This document shows, piece by piece, positions 27,409 through 38,469 of a stretch of DNA of 51,880 nucleotides. Position numbers and translations under genes: made by a program. The notes beneath the pieces are model-generated. The model searched no databases. It was not told where the DNA came from and saw only the letters and a list, made by a program, of their open reading frames with translations. The DNA comes from Candidatus Aenigmatarchaeota archaeon (GTDB taxonomy: Archaea > Aenigmatarchaeota > Aenigmatarchaeia > QMZS01): NCBI GenBank assembly GCA_023134135.1, contig JAGLVB010000013.1, forward strand, positions 1 to 51,880, in the 5' to 3' direction. Position 1 is the stretch's first letter. Each line of letters begins with the position of its first letter.

Positions 27409-28593
27409 ATGAAAATCCTACAAGTTACTAATTTTTTTAAACCTTCATGGGAATCCGGGGGTCCGGCGAGGTCCTGCTATGAAATTTCAAAAGAGTTGGT
27501 TAAAAGAGGACACGAAGTAACAGTTTACACAACAGATGGTTTTAAATACAGGCTGGATGTTGCGAAGAACAAACCTGTAATTGTTGATGGAATTAAAGTT
27601 TATTATTTCAGAAATTTATCAAACTACCTGAGCAGAAACTTTGTTTTACCAATTCCCTATTATTTGCCTTTTGTTGCTGGAAAAGAAATTAAAAATTTTG
27701 ATGTAATTCATTTACATGAATATAGAACCTTTTTAAATATTGTTGTTAGTTACTATGCAAGAAAATATAAAATTCCTTATGTATTGCAATCAAGAGGGTC
27801 TATTCCCAGACTTAGCCGAAGAGAAGAACTAAAAATTATTTTTGATATTTTGTGGGGTTATAGATTGCTAGATAAAACTTCAAAAATAATTTTTTCCTCA
27901 AAAATAGAATTAGAAAAAAGTAAATATAAATTGAAAAGAGAAAATAAGTTTGAAATCATACCCAACAGTCTAAATCTATATAACTTCAAAAAACTACCAA
28001 AAAAAGGAGAATTCAGAAAGAAATATAGTATAAACAAAAATGAAAAAATAATTTTGTATGTAGGCAGGATTCACAAAATTAAAGGTTTGGATTTACTCAT
28101 TAGTGTTTTTTCAAGTTTGAATAAAGAATTAAAAGATATTAAACTCGTAATTGTGGGACCTGATGATGGTCATTTGAATTCTTTAAAAAACCTGGCAAAA
28201 ACATTAAAAATAGAAAACAAAATCTTGTTTACAGACCCTCTTTTTGGAAAAGACAAATTAACCGCTTATGTTGATGCAGATATTTTTGTATTACCCTCAA
28301 AATATGAATCCTTTGGTAATGTTGCTTTAGAAAGTCTAGCATGTGGGACACCAATAATTATTACTAAAGGTTGTGGACTTTCCGAATATATTGATAGAAA
28401 AGTAGGATATATTATAGATTATAATAAACAACAGCTATTAGAGACTCTTTATGATAGTTTAACTAAAGACAAGAAAATTAAGATTATGGGTAAAAATGCT
28501 AAAAAATTTGTGGAGAAATTTTCTTGGACAGAGATTGTTGAGAAAATAAAAAAGGTATATATAAAGGTTCTAAATACCTCAAACATCCGTTAA
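27409..28593 (+). CDS. Glycosyltransferase family 4
   Basis: 'VGRIHKIKG', 'PSKYESFGNVALESLACGTP'. Confidence 0.92.
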   Translation: MKILQVTNFFKPSWESGGPARSCYEISKELVKRGHEVTVYTTDGFKYRLDVAKNKPVIVDGIKVYYFRNLSNYLSRNFVLPIPYYLPFVAGKEIKNFDVIHLHEYRTFLNIVVSYYARKYKIPYVLQSRGSIPRLSRREELKIIFDILWGYRLLDKTSKIIFSSKIELEKSKYKLKRENKFEIIPNSLNLYNFKKLPKKGEFRKKYSINKNEKIILYVGRIHKIKGLDLLISVFSSLNKELKDIKLVIVGPDDGHLNSLKNLAKTLKIENKILFTDPLFGKDKLTAYVDADIFVLPSKYESFGNVALESLACGTPIIITKGCGLSEYIDRKVGYIIDYNKQQLLETLYDSLTKDKKIKIMGKNAKKFVEKFSWTEIVEKIKKVYIKVLNTSNIR

Positions 28594-28674
28594 GTAGATA
28601 ATCTTTATTTTATCTTAATACCTCGTTACTCTGTAGCAGGAAATTATTTCAAAGACTTTATTTCTTATATAATT

Positions 28675-29349
28675 ATGAAAGATAAAATAACTAAATTTCT
28701 ACAACCTTATTATAAAAAAGTTGGGTATGATCAAAAGTATGAGTGGGATAAGATTGCTTTAATTTATATGAAAAATTGTGAAAAAATATTAGACCTTGGT
28801 TGTGGTATAGGAAGGTTTATAGAGCAGTCTCCAGAAAGGATTGTTGGTGTAGACTACAATGAGAGTTCAATTGAAATATGTAAGAGGAAAGGGTTTAATG
28901 TAAAAAAAGCAAATGCTACAAAGCTACCTTTTGGAGATTCTTCCTTTGATGGTGTTCATTGTTCACATGTAATTGAACATTTATATCCTAAAGAGGCACA
29001 TCTTTTATTAACAGAGATGAATAGAGTTTTAAAGAAAAAGGGAATATTATGTATAAGAACACCACTTTTATATGGCGGTTTTTATAAAGATTTTACACAC
29101 ATAAAACCTTATTATCCCGAAGCAATATTGCATTATCTAAAAATTAAAGAACAAAACCAGAGAACTTCTTCTGATATCCACTGTTTATACAAATTCGTTA
29201 AATTAAAATATAGGAGACCCCAATTATTTTCAGGAGTTTACAATACATTCTTATGGTTCTTGTACCCATTTTTTAATATATTATGCAAGGTTGGAATAAC
29301 CTCTTTTAAGAAGACAGGTTATATGTTAATTCTTGAAAAGATTGAATGA
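28675..29349 (+). CDS. Class I SAM-dependent methyltransferase
   Basis: LDLGCGIG, 'LPFGDSSFD', 'HVIEHL'. Confidence 0.9.
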   Translation: MKDKITKFLQPYYKKVGYDQKYEWDKIALIYMKNCEKILDLGCGIGRFIEQSPERIVGVDYNESSIEICKRKGFNVKKANATKLPFGDSSFDGVHCSHVIEHLYPKEAHLLLTEMNRVLKKKGILCIRTPLLYGGFYKDFTHIKPYYPEAILHYLKIKEQNQRTSSDIHCLYKFVKLKYRRPQLFSGVYNTFLWFLYPFFNILCKVGITSFKKTGYMLILEKIE

Positions 29350-30431
29350 TGAAAATATGTTTTTTTGCCGATGGAAAAACTATTCATACACAAAGGTGGG
29401 TAAATTATTTTGTAGATAAAGGTTATGAAGTCTCTTTGATTAGTAGTACTCCTTACAGATATAAATCTCTAAAATTTTATTTATTGAAGAGTTATACAAA
29501 CAATAGGTATTTTAATTTTTTAGGATATTGCTTACAAATAAACAAGATTATAAACAAAATAAAACCTGATATAATCCACTCACATTATGCAACCATCTAT
29601 GGTTTTTTTGGAGCCTTATCTAATTTTCATCCCCTAGTTGTTTCTGTGTGGGGGAGTGATGTTTTAGTTGAACCAAAAAAATCTAGAATATTAAAAGGGC
29701 TAACCCAGCATGCACTAAAAAAAGCAGATTTGATAACTTGTGATGGAGAAAATACAAAAAATGCAACGATTGAGTTAGGTATAAATATAGAAAAAATAAA
29801 GATTATTTACCATGGTGTGGATACTAAAAAATTTAAGGCAAATAAAAAAGATAAAAAATTCATAAAAAATTTATTTGGGGGTAATTTTCCAATAGTTATA
29901 AGTATCAGGACTCTTAGACCAATATATAATGTTGAGACTTTAATAAGGGCTATACCTTTAATCTTAAAAAAGATACCCAAAGTAAAATTCATAATTGCAG
30001 GAAAAGGAGAACAAAAAAAATATTTGATGAATTTAGCAAAATCTTTATGTATATTTAATGCAATTAGATTTACAGGGGCGATACCACATAATGACCTTCC
30101 AAAATATCTGGCATCTTCTGATGTCTATGTTTCAACATCTCTTTCAGACGGAGGGATAGCAGTTAGCACATTAGAAGCAATGGCATGTGAATTGGCTCCA
30201 GTTGTTACTGACATAGGGGATAATAAAAAATGGATAAAAGATGGAGAGAATGGGTTTATTATTCCTATAAAAAATCCGAAAAAACTGGCTGAGAAAATTA
30301 TTTATTTGCTTGAAAATAAAGATATTAGAAAAAAGTTTGGAGAAATCAATCGAAAAATAATTAAAGAAAAACAAAATTATTACAAAGAAATGGAAAAGAT
30401 GGAAACACTTTATAAAAAATTAATAAGATAG
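29346..30431 (+). CDS. Glycosyltransferase family 4
   Basis: 'WGSDV', 'SDGGIAVSTLEAMACELAPV'. Confidence 0.9.
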   Translation: MMKICFFADGKTIHTQRWVNYFVDKGYEVSLISSTPYRYKSLKFYLLKSYTNNRYFNFLGYCLQINKIINKIKPDIIHSHYATIYGFFGALSNFHPLVVSVWGSDVLVEPKKSRILKGLTQHALKKADLITCDGENTKNATIELGINIEKIKIIYHGVDTKKFKANKKDKKFIKNLFGGNFPIVISIRTLRPIYNVETLIRAIPLILKKIPKVKFIIAGKGEQKKYLMNLAKSLCIFNAIRFTGAIPHNDLPKYLASSDVYVSTSLSDGGIAVSTLEAMACELAPVVTDIGDNKKWIKDGENGFIIPIKNPKKLAEKIIYLLENKDIRKKFGEINRKIIKEKQNYYKEMEKMETLYKKLIR

Positions 30432-30434
30432 ATT

Positions 30435-31445
30435 ATGAAAATCTTGATAACAGGTGGTGCAGGGTTCATAGGTTCTGTGCTTGTAAGGGACCTATTAAAT
30501 TCCAACTATAAAGTGACAATACTCGACAATTTTACCTTTGGTTTAGAATCTATTAAAGAGATAAAAGATAACCCTAATCTCAAAATAGTGAGGGGAGATA
30601 TTCGTAAAAGCGAAGATATTGAAAGAGCAATAAAAGATATTGATGTAGTAATACATTTAGCTGCCCTTGTTGGTGATCCTGCATGTGCAGCACAAGCAGA
30701 TATAGCATATGAAGTAAATTTCACTTCTACAATTAAACTAGCCGATATGTGTCGTAGTCTTAAAATAAACAAATTTATTTTTGCTTCTACATGCAGTGTT
30801 TATGGTGCAAGTGAGAGCGACGTTAAATTAACTGAAAAATCTAAATTAAATCCTGTTTCGTTATATGCAGAGACTAGATTATATGCCGAACAAGGAATTT
30901 TGGCTTTAGCGAATAAGGACTTCTCACCAATTATTCTAAGGTTTGGCACGGTTTATGGTATATCGCCGCGTATGAGGTTTGATTTGATAGTAAACTATTT
31001 AACACAGAAAGCGGTAATGGGAAAAAAAATCGGTATATTTGGAGGAACGCAATGGCGCCCATTTATTCATGTTAATGATATTTCGAGGGCGGTTCAGTTA
31101 TTTTTAGAGGCCCCACTTCATAAAGTCAGAGGTGAAGTTTTCAATGTGGGGTCAACAGACGAAAACTATCAAATGAAGAGATTAGGCGAAGTTGTAAAAG
31201 AAATTCTCCCCGATACAAAAGTTAATTGTATTGAAGAAATAAAAGATAAAAGATCCTACAATGTTTCTTTTGATAAGATAAAAGACGTATTAGGATTTAA
31301 AACAGAGAAGACCATTAAAGATGGTATAATTGAAATTGCAGAGGCAATTAAGAAGGGGGTAATTAAAGATCCTTCGGATCCAAAATATTATAATCATCTT
31401 GTTAAGTTAGCTTTACCAAAAAAGACTGAGGGGATAACTTTATAG
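30435..31445 (+). CDS. NAD-dependent epimerase/dehydratase
   Basis: TGGAGFIG, 'HLAALVGDPAC', 'STCSVYG', 'SPRMRFDL'; the catalytic YxxxK reads YAETR. Confidence 0.9.
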   Translation: MKILITGGAGFIGSVLVRDLLNSNYKVTILDNFTFGLESIKEIKDNPNLKIVRGDIRKSEDIERAIKDIDVVIHLAALVGDPACAAQADIAYEVNFTSTIKLADMCRSLKINKFIFASTCSVYGASESDVKLTEKSKLNPVSLYAETRLYAEQGILALANKDFSPIILRFGTVYGISPRMRFDLIVNYLTQKAVMGKKIGIFGGTQWRPFIHVNDISRAVQLFLEAPLHKVRGEVFNVGSTDENYQMKRLGEVVKEILPDTKVNCIEEIKDKRSYNVSFDKIKDVLGFKTEKTIKDGIIEIAEAIKKGVIKDPSDPKYYNHLVKLALPKKTEGITL

Positions 31446-31455
31446 AGATAATAAG

Positions 31456-32304
31456 ATGAAAATGAAGGCAAAATATAATCCAGATATTTTCTGGGAGGGT
31501 AGATTTAAAAAATATGGTCATACAGGATGGAGTGACCAAATCATATATAAATATGATCAACCATTGAGGTTGAGAGTTATAAAAAATATCCTGAATAAGA
31601 TACAAGGCTCAATAGAAAATAAAAAGATATTAGATGTAGGTTGTGGTGTTGGTGATTTTTCTATTATGTTTGCAAAAATGAGTGCAGAGGTAACAGGAAT
31701 TGATATTAGTGAAAAAGCTGTGGGAGAAGCCAAGAAAAAGGCAAAAGGATTATGTTGTGATTTTAAGGTTACTTCTATCAAGAATATGGATTTTCAAAAA
31801 TCATTTGATATTATTTTAAGTATTACCGTCCTTCAGCATATTCCTAACAAGGACTTATTATCAAGTATACAAAAATTAGCAGATTCTCTAAATATTGAGG
31901 GGTATATCTATATTTTGGAAACAGCACCAGTTAAGTTAAATCAGAATACAACCAACTCAGAATATCAACATTTCCATACAAGAAAAGATTGGATAAAACT
32001 TTTTGAAAAGGCAAGTATGAAACTGCAGTTTGAAATAGTATATCCGGGTTTTGGTTTATCTTTAATTAGATTGGGTGATAATATAGCAAGAGCAATATAT
32101 AATAGATTCATATCTAAAAAAAATCAAGAAATACCCACCACAACAACAAACCAACTTATTTTAATAAATAATAATAAATTAGTTAAAATTTATAGTTTGT
32201 TTGAAAAAATTATCTTTATCTTTTCTAAACCAATTGATTATTATATGCCTTTTTTAGCAAAATTTGGGACAACAAGGGTAATGGTATTTAAAAAGGTGAA
32301 ATAA
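31456..32304 (+). CDS. Class I SAM-dependent methyltransferase
   Basis: LDVGCGVG, 'VTGIDIS', 'TVLQHI'. Confidence 0.88.
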   Translation: MKMKAKYNPDIFWEGRFKKYGHTGWSDQIIYKYDQPLRLRVIKNILNKIQGSIENKKILDVGCGVGDFSIMFAKMSAEVTGIDISEKAVGEAKKKAKGLCCDFKVTSIKNMDFQKSFDIILSITVLQHIPNKDLLSSIQKLADSLNIEGYIYILETAPVKLNQNTTNSEYQHFHTRKDWIKLFEKASMKLQFEIVYPGFGLSLIRLGDNIARAIYNRFISKKNQEIPTTTTNQLILINNNKLVKIYSLFEKIIFIFSKPIDYYMPFLAKFGTTRVMVFKKVK

Positions 32305-33440
32305 TGGATAAAAAATTTCTACCGTATTGTCAACCATTAATTGAAAAGGAAGAAATAAAAGAGGTTGTAGATACGCTAAAGTCTGGGTGGCTTACAATAG
32401 GTCCAAAGACTACAGAATTTGAAAGCCTAATTGCTGAATATGTTGGAGCAAAACACGCAATTTCTGTAAATTCTTGCACAGCTGCGCTGCATCTTTCTTT
32501 AATAGCTTTAGGCATTAAAAGTGGAGACGAAGTAATAACAACTCCATTTACTTTTGCGTCTACTGGAAATGTTATTGTTCACATAGGAGCGAAGCCTGTG
32601 TTTGTTGACATAAAGAAAGATACTTATAACCTAGACCCAGAAAAGATAAAAGAAGCAATAACTCCAAAGACAAAAGCAATAATTCCCATCCATTATGCAG
32701 GTCAACCTTACGATGTGAAAGCAATTATGGAAATTGCGAAAGATCACAATTTATTTGTAATAGAAGATGCCGCACATGCAATTGGTGCTGAATATAATGG
32801 CAAAAAAATTGGAACTTTTGGCACTACAACCTGTTTTAGTTTTTACGCCACTAAAAATATGACAACTGGAGAGGGAGGTGCGGTAACGACAAATGATGAC
32901 AAACTGGCAGATAAACTCAGAATATTAAGATTGCATGGAATGAGTAAAGATGCTTGGAAGAGGTATTCTGACAAGGGAAGCTGGTATTATGAGATTGAAG
33001 AGTGTGGTTGGAAATATAATATGACCGATATGCAAGCCGCATTGGGGGTGCATCAAATAAAAAAATTGGACAAATTCATTGAAATTAGGAGAAAATATGC
33101 CAGCATCTATAACAAAGAATTAAAAAAAATTGAAGGAATCATCATACCATATGAAAAACCAAATGTTAAACATGTATATCATCTCTATCCAATTTTACTA
33201 AAAAATTATAATAGGAACAAATTCATTGAAGAAATGAAAGAAATGAACATTGGATGCAGCGTCCATTTCATTCCATTACATTTACACCCTTTTTACAAAA
33301 GAACATTTAGATTCAAAAAAGGTGATTTTCCAAATGCGGAATGGGTATATGAAAGAGAAGTTTCATTACCACTTTATCCAAAGATGAAAGAAGAAGAATT
33401 AAAATATATAATTAAATGTATAAGAAAGTTATTATTATGA
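32304..33440 (+). CDS. DegT/DnrJ/EryC1/StrS sugar aminotransferase
   Basis: 'NSCTAALHL', 'IEDAAHA', 'SFYATKNMTTGEGG' (PLP lysine). Confidence 0.95.
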   Translation: MDKKFLPYCQPLIEKEEIKEVVDTLKSGWLTIGPKTTEFESLIAEYVGAKHAISVNSCTAALHLSLIALGIKSGDEVITTPFTFASTGNVIVHIGAKPVFVDIKKDTYNLDPEKIKEAITPKTKAIIPIHYAGQPYDVKAIMEIAKDHNLFVIEDAAHAIGAEYNGKKIGTFGTTTCFSFYATKNMTTGEGGAVTTNDDKLADKLRILRLHGMSKDAWKRYSDKGSWYYEIEECGWKYNMTDMQAALGVHQIKKLDKFIEIRRKYASIYNKELKKIEGIIIPYEKPNVKHVYHLYPILLKNYNRNKFIEEMKEMNIGCSVHFIPLHLHPFYKRTFRFKKGDFPNAEWVYEREVSLPLYPKMKEEELKYIIKCIRKLLL

Positions 33441-34051
33441 GAAATACCAGTCATTTGTCTTTAAAATATTTTTATAACAAACTTAAAGTAAAATTATATG
33501 AGAAGAAATATCCTGAACATCCTTGGCTAACGCAGGAAGCTAACTCTATCCTTTCAACTCTACTTAAACCAACAGATGTTGGATTAGAATTTGGTTCAGG
33601 AAGAAGCACAATTTGGTTTGCTAAAAGAATAAAACATTTAACAAGTGTTGAGCAGAATAAATTTTGGTATGATAAAGTTTTTAAAATGATAGAAGAAAAT
33701 AATCTTAGTAATGTTGATTTGTTTTTTCAAGACAAGAATTATATAAAAGTTGTAGATAAGTTCAAAAATAATAATTTAGATTTTGTTCTTATTGATGGAA
33801 TTTTGAGAGGAGAATGTGCCAATGCTATAATTAACAAAGTTAAAAGAGGCGGGATTATTGTGATTGATGATGCTCATAGATATTTTCCTTTCCCTTCAAC
33901 TGTGTCTTATTCTCTTTTTAAGAAGCAACAAAAAACTTCTTTAGAATGGAATAAATTCATAAAACAAACCAAGAATTGGAAATATATTTGGACGAGTAAT
34001 GGACTTAAAGACACTGTAATTTGGTTTAAACCACCAATCCAAAATTATTGA
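33437..34051 (+). CDS. SAM-dependent methyltransferase-like protein
   Basis: 'LEFGSGRST', 'FVLIDG..R', 'GGIIVIDD'; ATG 33437 overlaps the preceding stop. Confidence 0.8.
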   Translation: MRNTSHLSLKYFYNKLKVKLYEKKYPEHPWLTQEANSILSTLLKPTDVGLEFGSGRSTIWFAKRIKHLTSVEQNKFWYDKVFKMIEENNLSNVDLFFQDKNYIKVVDKFKNNNLDFVLIDGILRGECANAIINKVKRGGIIVIDDAHRYFPFPSTVSYSLFKKQQKTSLEWNKFIKQTKNWKYIWTSNGLKDTVIWFKPPIQNY

Positions 34052-34076
34052 TTAAATTAAAAAGTTAAAGGTATTT

Positions 34077-35213
34077 ATGACTAAAAAATACAAACTTGCT
34101 GTATTAGTTTCTCATCCAATATTGTATCAATCCTCTTTTTTCAAGAAGTTAGACCAGCAGCCCAAAATTGATTTAATGGTTTACTTTTGTGGAGATTTCA
34201 ATATTGAAAAAGATAACTATGCATTGAAAGGGTACAAATACAAATTTTTAAAGAATTTTTCTCCACATCCTCATAACTCATTTTTTGGCCAAATGAATTT
34301 AGGAATTATAAAAGAACTTTTTAGTGAAAGATATGATGCTGTTTTGGTTCATGGATATGCAAGATTTACTTGTTGGCTCGCTTTTTTAGGGGCTTTTATA
34401 ACAAGAACCCCGATACTATTAAAAGGAGTTACAACTATTACACAGCGTAGGTCTATATGGGCAGAATTATCAGGAAAATTAATTTTATTCCCTTTATTCA
34501 AAATCTTTTCTGCATTCTTAACAGTAGGTACTATGAACAAATCTTATTATAAAAGTTATGGTGTCCCCGACTCAAAAATGTTTTTTGTTCCTTATAGTGT
34601 GGATAATGATTTTTTTAGTAAAAAATATAAGAAGTTGTCCCTCAAAAAAAAGCAACTAAAAAAAGAAGAGGGATTAAATCCAAATTTACCAATAATACTC
34701 CATGTTTCTAATCTATTATCTATAAAGAGACCTTTGGATTTACTAAAAGCGTTCCAGCCACTACAGAACAAAGCACAATTAGTATTTGTTGGAGAAGGAA
34801 CAGAAAGAAAAAAAATAGAACTTTATGTTAAAGAACATAATTTGAAAAATATCTTTTTTGTTGGATTTAAAAACAGACAAGAACTTCCAATCTATTATGT
34901 GATAGCAGATATTTTTGTATTGCCTTCAGCTAGTGAGACCTGGGGTGCAGTGATAAATGAGGCAATGAATTTCAAACTTCCAATAATAACTACAGACAAT
35001 GTTGGGTCTGCACCTGATTTAATAAAAAACGGAGAGAATGGGTATATTTACAAAGTTGGAGATATAACCGCTTTATCCAAACATTTATTAAGGTTATTAA
35101 AAAATCCAAAACTAATTAAAAAAATGGGAGAGAAATCATATGAAATTATTTATAAATGGAATTTTGATAAAGATGTAGAAGGAATTATCAAAGCAATGGA
35201 TTATATATTATGA
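34077..35213 (+). CDS. Glycosyltransferase family 4
   Basis: 'PYSVDN', 'PSASETWGAVINEAM'. Confidence 0.92.
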   Translation: MTKKYKLAVLVSHPILYQSSFFKKLDQQPKIDLMVYFCGDFNIEKDNYALKGYKYKFLKNFSPHPHNSFFGQMNLGIIKELFSERYDAVLVHGYARFTCWLAFLGAFITRTPILLKGVTTITQRRSIWAELSGKLILFPLFKIFSAFLTVGTMNKSYYKSYGVPDSKMFFVPYSVDNDFFSKKYKKLSLKKKQLKKEEGLNPNLPIILHVSNLLSIKRPLDLLKAFQPLQNKAQLVFVGEGTERKKIELYVKEHNLKNIFFVGFKNRQELPIYYVIADIFVLPSASETWGAVINEAMNFKLPIITTDNVGSAPDLIKNGENGYIYKVGDITALSKHLLRLLKNPKLIKKMGEKSYEIIYKWNFDKDVEGIIKAMDYIL

Positions 35214-36004
35214 AAATAAAGAGATGGATTGTAAACTCCTTATTTATAAATCTAATAGGTATATTATTATATCCTTGTTTGTTAATTTATAAAAGAGTGT
35301 ATCCTTATCAAGGTACGGTAATCCTCCTTTTTCATGACCCCTATTCTAAAAATTTTGAGAGTATAATCAAATATTTAAAGAAAAATTATAGAATTATTTC
35401 TTTTGGTGAATTTAAAGATTATTTTTTGAAGGGTAAAAATCCACCAGAAAACTCAATTATAATCACATTTGACGATGGTTTCAAGTCAGTGTATAAAGAA
35501 GCTTTCCCAGTAATATTAAGAGAAAAGATTCCTATAATGGTTTACTTGATTTCAAACTCACTTGAAGGAAAAACCATGAAATATCACAGTATGGAAACTA
35601 TACATTACTTAAGTCTAAAAGATATTAAAAAAATGCAAAAGTCCACTTTTGTAGCCTTTGGGTCGCATACAAAGTCTCACCGTTGCTTAAGTAGTTTGTC
35701 TTTAAAGGAAAGGGGAAATGAGATAAGAGGTAGTAAACATGTTATTGAGAAAATGATTGGAGAAAAAATAGAAGATTTCTCTTTTCCTTATGGCGGCTTT
35801 AATACCTTTTCAAACGAAGACATTACTATATTAAAGAAAGCAGGGTATAAAACTGCTGTAATTAACGTTGGAGGCACCAACTCTAAAAATACCAACCCTT
35901 GTCTACTCAGAAGAGTTTGTATTGGTAAAAACCACAACAAATATGTTGTAGAACTATTCCTATATGGACTATTACATAAGCTAATAGGAGTATGGAAACC
36001 TTAA
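35210..36004 (+). CDS. Polysaccharide deacetylase (NodB-like)
   Basis: 'ITFDDGF', 'GSHTKSH', 'FSFPYG'; N-terminal hydrophobic segment. Confidence 0.9.
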   Translation: MKIKRWIVNSLFINLIGILLYPCLLIYKRVYPYQGTVILLFHDPYSKNFESIIKYLKKNYRIISFGEFKDYFLKGKNPPENSIIITFDDGFKSVYKEAFPVILREKIPIMVYLISNSLEGKTMKYHSMETIHYLSLKDIKKMQKSTFVAFGSHTKSHRCLSSLSLKERGNEIRGSKHVIEKMIGEKIEDFSFPYGGFNTFSNEDITILKKAGYKTAVINVGGTNSKNTNPCLLRRVCIGKNHNKYVVELFLYGLLHKLIGVWKP

Positions 36005-36008
36005 TAAT

Positions 36009-37259
36009 TTATAAACCCCAATAGACAATACCTTTTTCTTCAGCTTCTTTTTTATTGAATTTTCTTTTAAGGTCTATTAGAATTCCATTTTTATTTAATA
36101 AATCAAAAATATTTAAATTCTCAAATTTTTTGTGATTCACAACAAATACCACAATATCAGGTTTTTCTAATTTATTTATATTTTCAATACCAAAAATTTC
36201 TTTTTTATTTATTAAAGGTTCATAGATCATAATTTTCTCAAATCCAAGATTTTTTAGTTCTTCAACCATGTTTCTGACTTTACTTTCTCTCAAATCAGGC
36301 ACATCTTCTTTGTAGGTTGCGCCTAAAATTAAAATATTAGAATTTTTTATATCCTTATTTGTTCTTTTAGATAATTTAAAAATTTTTCTAGCTACATAAT
36401 AAGGTAAAATTTCATTAGTTTTACATCCAGATAAGATTAATTCCGGATTGTAATTATTTTTCTTTACCTTCTCAATCAAGTAATAGGGATCAACACCAAT
36501 ACAATGTCCCCCAACAAAACCAGGGTAGAATCTTAAAAAATTCCATTTTGTTGAAGCAGCATCAAAAACTTCTTTGCTATCTAGATTCATTTTATCAAAC
36601 AACATTGCCAGTTCATTAAATAACGCAATATTTAATCCCCTTTGTGTATTTTCAACAACTTTCGCTGCTTCAGCCACTTTAATTGAAGGGGCTTTGTATA
36701 CATTTGTGATTTTTCCATAAATCTTAGCTAATTTGTCTGTTGTTTTATTATCATAACCTGCGACAATTTTATAAATTTTATCTATAGTATGCTTTTTATC
36801 TCCAGGGTTTATTCTTTCAGGACTATATCCTATAGAAAATTCGCCCAATTTCAATCCAGATTCTTTTTCTAAAATAGGCAAACAAAATTCTTCTGTGCAT
36901 CCAGGATAAGTTGTAGATTCATAAACTACAATTGTCCCTTTTTTCAAATTCATACCAACAGTTTTTGAAGTATTTTCCAAATAACTTAAATTTGGTTTTT
37001 TGTTTTTAGATATTGGTGTTGGAACTGCAATTATGATTACCTCCATTTCAGAAATTTTCTTTTTATCATTTGTAAATTCTATATTTTCTTTTATTCTTTC
37101 AAATTCTTTTTCTAAAACACCCAGATTTCTGTCAAATCTATTTCTTAATTCTTTAACTCTTTTTTCATTTATGTCAAACCCAATAACCTCAAAATACTCT
37201 GCAAATTTTATTGCTAAAGGCAACCCAACATAACCCAAACCAATAATTCCAACCTTCAT
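36009..37259 (-). CDS. UDP-N-acetylhexosamine 6-dehydrogenase (WbpO/TviB-like)
   Basis: GLGYVG, 'YESTTYPG', 'YSPERINPGD', 'GGHCIGVDPYY'. Confidence 0.92.
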   Translation of the reverse strand: MKVGIIGLGYVGLPLAIKFAEYFEVIGFDINEKRVKELRNRFDRNLGVLEKEFERIKENIEFTNDKKKISEMEVIIIAVPTPISKNKKPNLSYLENTSKTVGMNLKKGTIVVYESTTYPGCTEEFCLPILEKESGLKLGEFSIGYSPERINPGDKKHTIDKIYKIVAGYDNKTTDKLAKIYGKITNVYKAPSIKVAEAAKVVENTQRGLNIALFNELAMLFDKMNLDSKEVFDAASTKWNFLRFYPGFVGGHCIGVDPYYLIEKVKKNNYNPELILSGCKTNEILPYYVARKIFKLSKRTNKDIKNSNILILGATYKEDVPDLRESKVRNMVEELKNLGFEKIMIYEPLINKKEIFGIENINKLEKPDIVVFVVNHKKFENLNIFDLLNKNGILIDLKRKFNKKEAEEKGIVYWGL

Positions 37260-37352
37260 AATTGAATTAATAAAATTATATCAAGTAAAAAAGAAATGAA
37301 AATATCTTTAGATTAATTAATTCTTTAACTTGTTCCACCAATTCCCTATTAT

Positions 37353-37690
37353 TCATCTATTATGTTTAGCAATTACAAAATTCACATATTTCGGATAAGA
37401 AGGGTATATAAAATCCAACCAAGTAATAGGTTTTAGAATAAATTTTATAAGACAATCCATATATAGACGCTCTCCAGCTACTCTGCTTATCTTTCTTTGA
37501 ATAACAAGAGCTTTTTGTGTAAAATAACCCCCGCAAGTATCTTTAAATACAATCTTAAGATTTGCTTCACCCAATAATTTTTCAAAGTCATCAAATGAAT
37601 ATCCTTCTCTCACATGACCTTGAAACCCAGTTCTTTCCATAGGATTCAAGGTATTCCGCAAATGCTCTGCACAGGAACCAACTCAAATAT
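37353..37690 (-). pseudogene. Probable C-terminal fragment of a methyltransferase
   Basis: 'GHVREGY' motif typical of methyltransferase C-halves; SAM-binding N-terminus absent; TTG start only. Confidence 0.45.
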
Positions 37691-37726
37691 AGTTTATCCA
37701 AAATTATATAATTTCACAACTTATTC

Positions 37727-38365
37727 TTATTTTCCTTTTTGAAATATTAGAAAACATCCGGGTTCCAAGGATAAAATTCCTTCGTATATTGTATACGGAG
37801 GCGGTATTGAGCCATTAAGCAGGAAGAGACCAGCGGCTTTTTTATTTGTCTTTTTCTCAATTAACCTGGAAGACAAGATCCCTTTCAACTCTGACGCAAA
37901 AATAAAATATTCTTTTGAATAATTATAATAAACAGGTTTAATTCCAAACCTATCTCTTGCCATAAGCAATTTTTCCTTTTTGGAATCCCAGATTGCGAAA
38001 GCAAACATCCCTCTTAAATCTTCCAGCAATTTTTCTCCTTTTTCTTTGTAGAGGTAAAGTATAAATTCTGTATCCGAGGTCGATTTAAATTTGTATTTCC
38101 CCTCCAATTTTTTCTTCAATTCTTTGTAATTATAAATTTCCCCATTAAAAATAATATGGATTGAATTGTCTTTATCTGACATTGGTTGGTTACCTGAAGA
38201 ACTCAGGTCAATGATGCTCAGTCTTCTATGAGCAAGCCCGACAGTCCACTCATTTTTAGAATCTATAAAAGAACCTTTTGCGTCAGGACCTCTGTGAGAT
38301 AAAATTGTTTAGAATTTTTTTGTATTTAGACTGCCTTTATTTAAGACCCCAGCTATCCCGCACAT
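37727..38365 (-). pseudogene. asnB: Asparagine synthase-like amidotransferase pseudogene (Ntn domain only)
   Basis: ATG at 38365 gives MCGIAGVLNKGSLNTKKF*TILSHRGPD (in-frame TAA), in frame with 'FNGEIYN', 'GMFAFAIWD', 'ARDRFGIKP'; synthetase domain missing. Confidence 0.88.
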
Positions 38366-38469
38366 AATTATCTTCTGTAATTATTTTATCATAATACCTA
38401 TCCTTTACAAAGAATTTATTTTTAGTGAGATTATTCTTTAAAACTATTCAAATTAATAAGTAAAATCAA

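Noticed and set aside
38309-38311. Stop-codon recoding in the asnB-like gene
   Set aside because: TAA terminates many genes in this window and the gene is also truncated, so it is a pseudogene.
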